Shown here one piece after another: positions 51,739 through 62,035 of a stretch of 64,000 bases of DNA. Where the stretch lies: NCBI GenBank assembly GCA_000934665.2, contig KZ538081.1, positions 1-64,000 of the forward strand, read 5' to 3'. The first letter of the stretch is position 1, and each line of letters begins with the position of its first letter. The translations under genes were made by a program, and so were the position numbers. This DNA is from Catajapyx aquilonaris (taxonomy: Eukaryota). Below the pieces are notes generated by a model. That model worked only from the letters and a program-made list of their open reading frames with translations. It was not told the origin of the DNA and did not search any database.

Positions 51739-51899
51739 CAGGGACCATCAAAGATGGCGGACCCTATTTTTGCCTGTACCCTATTTATACCTCGCTGGCG
51801 TTCCCCACACTTCAAGATGGCCGCCAGCCTTGGCAACGCCCTAAACAGAGAGACGCGGAAATCGAATGTTTGCGCCTCTTATGTAGTATATGCTCCCTG
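51739..51899. mobile_element. MITE family M3, internally deleted copy, 7-bp TSD ATATAAG
   Basis: atataag|caggga...gctccctg|atataag. Confidence 0.85.
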
Positions 51900-52202
51900 A
51901 TATAAGTTAGGTGATTATTTTTTTACAAGCGAAACTGACTGTGAGTGCGCATGGCAACGTCGCAAACGGCAGCCACTTTGTTCCCTCCCCCAAGAGTAGC
52001 GTTGGAAATAAGCGCAGATATATACATCCACTATACCGAGAGCTTACCTACCAGCAGCTATCATTGATAATTCCAACCCTGCAAGCTGCGCGAACTGTAG
52101 TGAGCACTCTGTTGCGCACTCGTAAAAAAATCATATACAGCAAATAATAATAAATAAATAATAAAAAAAACCAAGTAAGTCGTGACAAATGATCTTAATT
52201 AC

Positions 52203-52408
52203 CAAGAGCCAGAGAGAGGCACCAGAGGTCTTGCAAGGCGATCTGCTCCACGTCCTCCTGAGACCTTCCCCCGAGGCCCTGGATCCTGGATGACCTCTTG
52301 ACCGCCATTTTCCAGCGCCAGAACGCCAGGCGCAAGCGCCACGTGGGATTCATGATCAGTGGCGCGGTGTTCAGGTCCGTGTGAATAAACCTCCACAGAA
52401 GGATGCCC
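52203..52408 (-). CDS. fax: fax/FAXC-like exon (GILLWRFIHTD...QGLGGRSQEDVEQIALQDLWCLSLAL)
   Basis: gtttcag|G and CTTG|gtaatt, phase 2-1. Confidence 0.9.
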
Positions 52409-52617
52409 CTGAAACCATCACGATTATTAAGTTGCCATAGATCCGAATCAGGATAAGAGTAGCTCTGAAAGCCAGCGCTACTCTTATCCTGATTCGAGCA
52501 TATCTCCTCACCGCGGCTGATCCATCGACATTTCGCACCCCTACATTTTCGACTTGTTTTGAGCCTACGATTACGCTGGAGTCGAGTAATTCCGCTAATT
52601 GAGAAACGTGCGCTTAC

Positions 52618-52814
52618 CAGAGCAGGTGATGCTCAGCCATGAGCTGCACCAGACGACCGATGGCGACCTCCTCGTCGGACAGGTGAGCCGAAAGGCGCTT
52701 GTGAAAACGCTTGTCCAGGAACTCGATGGCTTCCTGGCTATCCGATATCTCCTGGTCGCCCACCGATACCCAAGAATACCTGCTTCCAGGGGCGAAAGGT
52801 TCCTCGAAGACGTT
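52618..52814 (-). CDS. fax: fax/FAXC-like exon (NVFEEPFAPGSRYSWVSVGDQEISDSQEAIEFL...MAEHHLLW)
   Basis: ttttgcag|AAC and CTG|gtaagc, phase 0-2. DSQxxIEFL and ExAIxRxxxxMxEHHLxW are FAX/metaxin motifs. Confidence 0.92.
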
Positions 52815-53207
52815 CTGCAAAATCAGAAAAATAACAAATCGGCATTTGGCAATCACTGCTGCATATAGATGATTTTTTTTTTTTTTACGAACGCAACCGA
52901 GTGCGCACCAGAGTTCGCGCGGCATGCTCGGTTGGCTTTATCAATGATAATTGGTGTAACCCAGGTAGCACTAGAATCCAGGGAATATCCCAGGGACGTC
53001 CACATGGATCCATTGTGGATAATTGGGATGCCCTGTGGATATCCCACATGCATCCATAAATCATGTAGACAATGGATCCAGATCACAGAAAGATACTGGC
53101 TTATAAGCTGCGAGGCACTTATTTCCAACGCTACACTTGGAGGGGAACAAAATGGCCGACGTTTGCGACGTTGCCGAAGCTCTGGAGCAAACCTCAGATG
53201 CTACGGG

Positions 53208-53554
53208 CAGGGAGCATATACTACATAAGAGGCGCAAACTTCGGTCAGCGCCATTGATTTCCGCGTCTCTCTGTTTGTGGCCGTTGCCAAGGCTGTCGGC
53301 CATTTTGAAGTGGGGGCAACGCCAACGAGGTATAAATAGGGTACAGGCAAAAATAGTGATGGTTTTGGCGGCCATGGCAACTACATGGCAAGAACACGGG
53401 CGAATCAAAGATGGCTGACATTTTTTGCCTGTACCCTATTTATACCTCGTTGGCGTTCCCCACACTTCAAGATGGCCGCCAGCCTTAGCAACGCCCCAAA
53501 CAGAGAGACGCGGAAATCGAATGTTTCCGCCTCTTATGTAGTATATGCTCCCTG
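53208..53554. mobile_element. MITE family M3, full palindromic copy nested in an M2 MITE, TSD CTACGGG/CTACGGA
   Basis: TIR cagggagcatatactacataagaggcg ... cgcctcttatgtagtatatgctccctg. Confidence 0.88.
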
Positions 53555-53662
53555 CTACGGATTTTGGGCGGTCCATGGAGAGTAACTCTGGCAGTTGCGT
53601 GACTGTGGGTGCGCACTCGCAAAAAAAAAATCATCTGTACCGGTATAGTATTTTTTACGCAC

Positions 53663-53792
53663 CTCATATGGAATTTTGGTGATTCGGAGGTAGGTTTCTA
53701 CCTTCAGAGAAAAGCAGTTGATAGAAGGAGCCAGTTTGCCCCTGGGCAGCTGGTGAAGGGTCACGGTGTTGCGTTTCTTCTGACACGCGCAT
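53663..53792 (-). CDS. fax: fax/FAXC-like first constant exon (CACQKKRNTVTLHQLPRGKLAPSINCFSLKVETYLRITKIPYE)
   Basis: tatcag|A and GAG|gtgcgt, phase 2-0. LHQxPR...PSxxxFxLKxETYLR is the FAX N-terminal motif. Confidence 0.93.
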
Positions 53793-54137
53793 CTGATAAT
53801 ATTAATATGCAATATACATTAATACATCATTAATTCAATAAAGAGTTAGTTTCAATTGAAATAATCCGTTTTTGGGGAGCTTCATGTTGTTTTTAAGCAG
53901 TTGGTTTGTAACAGTTATCCCTTAGCGGAATTATTAGCTAGGTTTATATGGTGATTTAAATTGGAATTAATCATTCTTATACTAACAAGGTTGCAAGGTT
54001 GTAATCAAAAGGTTGATTCGACCAAATCATACGCCTAATATTATGCAGATAATTTTTTTTTAAAGGAGCGCAACCTAGTGCGCATCACAGTTCGCGCAGC
54101 TTGCAGGGTTGGAACTACCAATGTATATAAGCACCAC

Positions 54138-54476
54138 CTCTGTGAGGATGATGAGCAGAAGTAGGCGGCTGCTCCTAGCATGGCCAGTCCTACCCCAACT
54201 CCAGTGAAGATGATGAAGGACCAGTTCTGTCCTTCCATGAACTCTTCCGAGGGCAGGGCGCTGGGCAGGGGCGGAAGGGAGGGAACCTCAGTCAAGCCTG
54301 GGATGCCCGGTATACCGGGCATAATTTTCAACTTTGACCCTTCTGGCCCATCTGGATTTATGGGCACGCAGGGCAGATGAGATGATGACACTCCTGGGGT
54401 CTGCGTTGGTGACCCTACTGGGCTCATGGTGTGATGACCTGTCGTCCGACTGCAAGGGCAGTAGCATGCTCCCTCG
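54138..54476 (-). CDS. fax: fax variable module 3, TM exon (EGACYCPC...NWSFIIFTGVGVGLAMLGAAAYFCSSSSQ)
   Basis: ggacag|C and CAGAG|gtggtg, phase 2-2, open throughout. Confidence 0.8.
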
Positions 54477-54790
54477 CTGTCCAGTTCAAAAGGAATTCTC
54501 AGTAAGACATTTAATTTATTGTCACATTACTCACAGTCATTGTTAATTGTAAGTATATTCAGCAGGGGGGATGCGTTCTACAAGTAGTTTGAATTATTTT
54601 AATTTGTAAATTAATTATATTTGCATTGTTTGCCCCCGACAGCCGGTTACCTTTAGTAATTAATGGATACAAAAAAAAATGACCGAATGATAAATCTTTC
54701 GTGGAATGTAATGTCATTGTAATTATAATTAAAAACAATTGGAAATTATCGCTAAGAACCGTATGATATTTATATAAAAACCATACTTAC

Positions 54791-54837
54791 CAATTGCCCA
54801 AGCAATTGCCTGTTAGCACGGAGTACATGAAATCCAT
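54791..54837 (-). CDS. fax: fax variable module 3, ATG exon (MDFMYSVLTGNCLGN)
   Basis: ATG at 54837, consensus donor TG|gtaagt in phase 2, joins 54476 in frame. Confidence 0.65.
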
Positions 54838-55706
54838 CTTTTTTTAAAAATCTCAGATTCAACACTCTTGCTCTGATGATTACTGACAGTCCTACTTAAA
54901 TAATTAACGGTGTTTATTTACCCAAGCCTGAATAGATGTTTTAAAGGTTTTTTTAAAAAAGAGAAGTAACAGCACTGAAAATTTTGAACCGTAACAATAT
55001 AATCCTATTGATATTACCATAGAAGCAACAACAAACATGTTTGCCTCGGAAGAAATTGGTAATGATAATTATTATTTTTTTGCGAATGTTGACGAATGTT
55101 GAAATTTAACCAATATAATTATATTATTAAAGGTGAGAATCGCGCAGAATGTGAGAAACAACTGGCGTCCTTTGTTCAAACTGTAATTTTAATCAATCTA
55201 ATTTCCTCGTTAAAGTATAAGTGATGGTCTTGTTTACTGTTGATGGCATGGTTGGCATCATTTAGGCTTCGTTTTTTCTGCAACAATAAAAAACACTAAT
55301 AATTTATCCAATATTTATTATTCACTTAGTCACCCCCCAAAAAAATACATAAAATTAATCGAACAATGAATGAAATATTATTTTACTTGAAACAGTTGAA
55401 AGTAACGGCTACTGCTCACTATAACAAAACATGACTTCCCCTTCATTTTAAATATGTGGACAAGTAATTGGTGTTACCGATATGAAATTATTTTTAATGT
55501 TAAGCAGACCCGAATTTTGAACAATAAATATTATATTTCGCGTGAAATGTGTGGCCCGCTGCTTTTTTTTCGGACCCACAAAATGAGATGGGAAGATATA
55601 GCACAACTGCTACAAAAAATATTATCTGCTCGTCATAAGTCATCAAGTTATTAATATTTTAGATAGTTTGGACTGTCAATGTCTTAAGCCATCCTGTTAA
55701 ACTTAC

Positions 55707-55868
55707 TTGAAGTAATAAGTGGCAGCCGCGACTCCTAATCCCAAAGCCAGGCCTCCGACAACAAGGGTCTGCCATTGGGGTTGGCTGACCTCTGACACCG
55801 TGTACAGGGTGATCTGTGGGCTTCTCTTAGCACAGGTCTTGCAGCATGGCACCAGGATGTACTGGGTC
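55707..55868 (-). CDS. fax: fax variable module 2, TM exon (TQYILVPCCKTC...PQWQTLVVGGLALGLGVAAATYYF)
   Basis: ctcggtag|G and TCAA|gtaagt, phase 2-2. This frame is absent from the ORF track. Confidence 0.8.
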
Positions 55869-55947
55869 CTACCGAGCAAAAATAAATAAATACTGAATTA
55901 ATAGGAAAACAAGTCGACAATAATTAATAAGGCTGCAATAAACTCAC

Positions 55948-55991
55948 CCAAATTCGGGCAAGACTGAGGACAATCCTTTGGAAGGCTCCAT
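55948..55991 (-). CDS. fax: fax variable module 2, ATG exon (MEPSKGLSSVLPEF)
   Basis: ATG at 55991, donor TTGG|gtgagt in phase 2, acceptor ccgcag| with exon start at 56006. Confidence 0.7.
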
Positions 55992-56533
55992 ACTTTTCTT
56001 GTATTGCTGCGGGTAATTAGCCCATTAAGTTACTGCATAATATGTACCTCATTATCGTGATTCATGCCATGATGCGAATCAAGTACATTACCTGGTAAAT
56101 AAATTTTTAACGACCTTCTGCTGCGAAAGATTCACTTGACAATTTTGGGTATTCCAATTATTCACTGTTTACAGCTGCAGTATCTAGGAAACGAGACTGC
56201 ATTGTTGCTTTTTTTCAAGTAGCCAATTGTCAATAAAACAATACTGTATTGCCAACCTAATAGTGTATATACCGAGCTGGGGGTTCGGTTTTCTCTCATT
56301 TCATTTGAATCCTGTTAAAAATAAGTTCTTAATGATAATTAATTTAAGACATCATAAATTCCACGTGTCAGCTCGTTTATTTTGGCTCATTTGCACGTAT
56401 AATGAGCTGTCTTTATTGTCACTCCAGAATTTCACATATTGCGGCCATCAGGGTGTCCTTTTCCTTGTAGATCAATTCTCATCCTCATTGTCCCTGGAAA
56501 CACAAGGCAACAATGTGAGTGGACTTACACGTT

Positions 56534-56607
<74 letters not shown>

Positions 56608-56609
56608 AT

Positions 56610-56972
56610 CAGGGAGCATATACTACATAAGAGGCGCAAACTTCTGTCGGAGCCTTTGATGTTCGCGTCTCTCTGTTTGGGGCCGTTGCCGAGGCTGGCG
56701 GCCATCTTGAAGTGTGGGGAACGCCAACGAGGTATAAATAGGGTACAGGCAAAAATAGGGTCCGCCATCTTTGATTCGCGCGTTTTTTGCCGTGTAGTTG
56801 CCATGGCCACCAAAACCATCAAAGATGGCGGACCCTATTTTTGCCTGTACCCTATTTATACCTCGTTGGCGTTCCCCACACTTCAAGATGGCCGCCAGCC
56901 TTGGCAATGCCCCAAACAGAGATATGCGGAAATCGAATGTTTGCGCCTCTTATGTATAGTATATGCTCCCTG
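56610..56972. mobile_element. MITE family M3, full copy, 7-bp TSD ATCATAT, adjacent to (CAT)n at 56534-56606
   Basis: atcatat|cagggagc...gctccctg|atcatat. Confidence 0.9.
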
Positions 56973-56995
56973 ATCATATGGTAGTGTAACCTTAC

Positions 56996-57232
56996 TTTTT
57001 GGGAGGGTTTAGGTAGAAATAAGCGGCTGTGGCCAGTGCTCCTAGTCCAAGGAGCACTCCAATAATAAGAGGCCAGTTGGTGGCTGGTGGCTCAGGTGGC
57101 TTGATCCCAGTAGGACTTGGTATGCAGGGTACGGATACCGGAGGCATCGCACAGGGAGGTGTCATGATTCCTTCAAACAGATAGGACGTGTCCGCAGCCG
57201 CCGTGGCCATGTCTTTGTTGCTTCCAAAGTCA
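56996..57232 (-). CDS. fax: fax variable module 1, TM exon (DFGSNKDMATAAAD...VPCIP...NWPLIIGVLLGLGALATAAYFYLNPPK)
   Basis: ctctgcag|T and AAAA|gtaagg, phase 2-2. Confidence 0.82.
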
Positions 57233-57322
57233 CTGCAGAGGAAACAAACAATTGGCCCCCCAAAAAAACAGAGAGAAAAAATGTTGGACTATCAAAACAC
57301 AATTATTGTGTATACAACTTAC

Positions 57323-57378
57323 ACTCCATGGATGTACTTGAAGTTGGGCAGGTACTTCCCCGATGACAGACCAGACAT
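57323..57378 (-). CDS. fax: fax variable module 1, ATG exon (MSGLSSGKYLPNFKYIHG)
   Basis: ATG at 57378, donor GAGT|gtaagt in phase 2, acceptor cattcag| with exon start at 57411. Confidence 0.7.
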
Positions 57379-59659
57379 TGTGAGCGCAATTACAGGTGGT
57401 TTACCGACCACCTGAATGGAATTTGCGTGTAAAATCGCACTAAAAATTTATGCCACTGTTGCAAATGAAAATTGGCAAAGTCATAGCAACCTCTCTGTAT
57501 TCAAGCATTCTTGCTCTGATTGTTACTGTTATTTGCAGCCATTGTCGGACAGTAGTGATCTACTGTTATCCAAGGTCATACACCGCTTCTGCTGGCACCA
57601 TTGGGCCATTATCTGACGTTCTCATATCGACCAATGGCGAGCATTACTAGTCTGGACCTCGAAGGACACGACGGATGCGCTGGTACCGAGTGTATGTACA
57701 CATCTGCAAGTACCGGTATGTACAGTACAGTATGATTAATAGTCATTATAATATGAACGATGAGCCTCATTTAAGTAAGCCTTATTAAGACCACTGTGCC
57801 CTATAGTGGGCCAAGTTAAATGGGGCTAATTATATTTCGGGGATAATCATGTCCCTAATGTGCTTTACTTATATTGTTGAATTGGTTCAGAGTATGCTGC
57901 TTGGGACCATCGTGGACACCTGTGCAGCACAACGGTCAAGTTGGTCAAAATGTGCCCTGCAGAAGGAGGCCGTCATGTGCTGATGTTGAACTACCTTGGG
58001 ACATAACTGCAATTAATTGACGGTGAGTACATATGACTGGTGGCCATGAGCAGTGGACAATAAAATAATGAGCATTAATACTCAAAGTTGGCTTCTCCAA
58101 ACTTAGAATGATTTAATGGTTCAACAGGGCAAGAGGCGGAATGCAAGCAGTAAACTGGCAGAGTGAATGATAATTAATTTTTTTAAATCAAAACTTAAGT
58201 ATGGTATCCAAAAATTGATTACCTTTGCGCAAAATAATTTTCAGTCGAGATTACGAGCTTTTTTTTATGAGTGTTCCTTTCGATCTGATGTCTTTGTTGG
58301 AAAAATCAGGTCAATTTTGTTGTGTGGCGCGATCATTTTTATTATACGAGTAATATACTGATGGAAATATGGTGTTTAAATAATGTCGTCTTGAGTAGTG
58401 AAAAGCTGGGCTTGAAAGTTGCGAATATGCAATTACATCATGTTTAATTGGAGGACAGAAGGTGTTACATATGAATCTTTTGAAGTTTAATTTTTATGAC
58501 AATGGTAGATGATGGCTAATATTTTCATCGAAAACCTCTGATATAATACATTGAAAAATGAGGGAATTACAATAGGGCAATCATGCTTAGGCTCATGTTC
58601 AATTTTATTAAAGACATTGTTAGTGCACAACAAAGAGTCAGAAAAAAATGGTCATTAACTGTAACTGGCATTGAAATTAAAATTCTTGCACTTTTCCTGG
58701 GATCATCTGTGGCTATCAATGGATTTTAAATATAATTACAAATTCTAAACCTTTCGAGCACATGTTTTTCCTAGGCCTACTCGAGAGACAGATATTTCAA
58801 CACATGAATTTCAATTTTTTTCCGTATATTATCAGGAACAACTTCCAATAAAAACTAATTGCACCACACAACAAAACTAATGGAAGACATCCTTTGTATG
58901 TTTAAAGCATTATTGCTTTGAAAGGTCACTTAGGAAGAGATTTAAGTTTGACAGTCGAGAGCTTTCAAATGGCATCAGTGCACTAAGTACCTTCCATAAT
59001 ATTTCAATTTCAATTTAGAGTAAATGACAATGGTGTGTTCCTGCTGGTGGCCAATGTCACGTTGTTTAGTGGCAATAATTTTAATATATTATTATGTGCA
59101 TATGCAGGATTTACCAAATGTTGTAATCAAATCATTTTTAAGTATCGCCACATGTCCAATCAGCATGAATTTGATTAAATATGAGCTTTAGTTAACAATG
59201 TGCTGCTCAAATATTTGGTTATTGTTTTATCATTATCATAAATGGTTGAAGCAAAAAAAAAATTAAGCAGGTTTCTAGAGAATTCTGTTGTCATTTCAAA
59301 TACAAATAAATGGCAAGTTCTCAACTTTCAATATCAGATTTCTACCACTCACAACTACTCAAAAACTGAGTTTCATTTTTTCACATATATATTTTTCCAA
59401 ATAGCTGTTGCATTCTTTATTGCACTAAGCTGTTTATTTATTAGCCAGTTACTCTTCCTGGTTATCATCGAAAGTACTAGCTGCTAATACTAAGCCGAAT
59501 TGAATCACATTTCAATTTTCAAGGCACTAGGCATTTGAATTTCTGATTGCAAAATGACTGAATGCAGAAATTGGCATAAAGCTTGAATGATGGAATTCAC
59601 ATTATTTGCAGCCTTTTTAAAGGATGGGTACAGGCAACCTATAGACATAGTAGCAGCCA

Positions 59660-60390
59660 ATGCTTTTGATAACCACTAAAAACATGCAAATGTCACTGCT
59701 TGGTAAAGCATTCAAGTACTGTACCACAAAAGAGTCTCATGTGACCTGTGCTCATTATACTCATACTTTGCAGATGATACATCTGATTGGTCTCTGGACG
59801 TCACCTACCTGATTCTTCCAACCCAACAATGACTTTGGCCTCATCCAAATCAACTTCTGGAATCAAGCGATGTGAGGTGCTGCTAGCTGTCATCAGATGC
59901 CTGATACCTTCATTTGCCATCTACTATATCCTGACACATCAGATATGGACATGGTAAGCAGTTCTTGAGCACTCTTAGCCCATTGGGTCTAATATATTGG
60001 CAAATTAATTCAGTACGAGTCGTAACTGATGGATCCATTAGTTTTCATTCTCCATTCTACGACTTGGCCTATTCATTGCCCAGTTGCAGAAGTTCATCCA
60101 GTCTCATTCATGTGAAGGTTCTGGGTTATTTGCAGGCTTCAAACATATCTTGGTGGAATTTATTGTAGTCTGCTAATGCAATTAAAATTTTCTAAGACAA
60201 AACACTTGATTATGTGGCAATGCAACCCATAATATATTAGTAGAGCTCTATTTCTTTTGATAACCACTATGAATGGCAAAGCATGAAAGTGCCACAAAGA
60301 TGCAATGAGCACTCTCAGCGACATACATGTGACATATACTCATTACACCTTGCAGAATGATGATGCATCTGATTGGTGTCTGGACATCAG
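59660..60390. repeat. Diverged local duplication (~59660-59805 vs ~60250-60390)
   Basis: Shared cttttgataaccacta, catgtgac, ttgcag and catctgattggt.tctggac segments. Confidence 0.7.
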
Positions 60391-61894
60391 TCTTCAGTTC
60401 TAAGTACATAATAAGACGAAATCATTCCAATACGACTGATTGTTCTGCAAGGTCGTCATAATTAGGATTTGCAGTTGTTCATTTTTTCTCATTTTTTTTT
60501 CACAGGATGTAAGTTTTGGGCCAGCTGATTTCAGCATCGAGAATCGGCTCTAGGGAGTGCAGGGAGTGATGCAACATCCACGACTTTTGGACCAGTCTTT
60601 AGAGACACAATGTGAAAATCCCACTGGGGTCGACGGACATCTGATTTTCATCCCAATCCACGCCTCCAATCAGATGGGTCAAACTCATCTTGGTTGTTCT
60701 TCGACTGAGCATTTGCAACTCAACACCCATGGTGAGCATCATATACATGTACACCTTTGTGCTGCTGCTATCCCAAGTTGTTTGGCAGTCATTTTCAGGA
60801 CTAAAATGGGGTCTCTCATTATTGATGCTTATACTTGATGGGAGGATACTGAGGACATATTTTGTTGTAGCTGTTTAGTATGCATCACATCCATGGGTTA
60901 ATGTTAGTTTAATAAAATATGGGAAGGCATTAATTTAATTTATGTGAGCGCAAAACCTATACCCTTTCACGCCACAGTAAAATGGTTGAATTGCATTTTG
61001 AGACATGAAAAAGGCAGAGAACTGTATGTTGCAAAGTGGAGGAAGATTATTGTTTGAAACTGATCCGATTACTTAATCAAAATTGTAATTTTCATTAATA
61101 AATGTGTCATATCAGGTTGCAATTAAACTTCAAAACTTGATGCAGCTGCAATGTTATAACAGTTGAAGTTATTTACCGATAGTGTCCCAAGCCTTGAAAT
61201 CGTCACTTAGCCATGTGACTAATTAAGTGCATAATTATTGGCCAACGCTTTTTACTCAGCGCAGATTTATACGATTCCTCTTTTTATGATAACAAAGGTG
61301 ATGGCATTGGCATTAAAAATTTTATTGTTGTATATACGCCACAGCTGCCGCCCAACAATGCCTGTGCCAATATTTAATTCGACGTATGTTGATTAAATAA
61401 ATTTGCGGTATGAAGGCACTTCATGAATATTAATATTATTCTTGCTGGACAAAGTCTGGCTTAAATCATCTGCAAGTCCTTGTTTAGTTCAGCTTGCCTT
61501 GTGATTGATGTTCTAAGTGTTTCAAGGTCAGATGAAAAGTGCAGTGCTTTAAAATTTCCCACTTGCATCAGCTAGTGTCAATTTTAATTACTAAGCCTAC
61601 TTATCTGCCACCTGTCAAATAGTTTGTCTATGGTTTCCTTTTCTTTCTAGATCATGTCAAATCTTCCTGGAAAGTATGCAAGGAGGAAACAGATCAACTG
61701 TTATTGCTGACTGGAAAGGATCAAGCAGCCTAAACACGCAACAGTTACTTTGAAGATCCTGGAAAAGAGCAGCAGTCAGAAGAACTGTTATATTATTGTC
61801 AACATATCTTTATTGCTATTTTTGTACAGTGTATATTGGCTGTAATAAATAGTGTCGTTGCCTCTCCTCCCTCCACCTACTGATGGCCAGGGAG

Positions 61895-62035
61895 AGAGGC
61901 TTTGATGGATGGGGGCCCATGGGCAATGTAAGCTACGTTGCCTCCCCTATCCTCCCAGGGCTTGCCCTGGGGGGATAGGGGAAGGAGGGCAACGTAGCTT
62001 ACATCGTCCCACGTGCCCATCCATTGAAGCCTCAC
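61895..62035. repeat. GC-rich inverted repeat (hairpin); a second small hairpin lies at 62250-62308
   Basis: atgtaagctacgttgcc / ggcaacgtagcttacat; ccccttcgacgtcatg / catgacgtcgaagggg. Confidence 0.75.

Noticed and set aside
56227..56973. 248-aa ORF with poly-His
   Set aside because: Made of a (CAT)n microsatellite and the M3 MITE; the same peptides recur at 51.7 and 53.2 kb.
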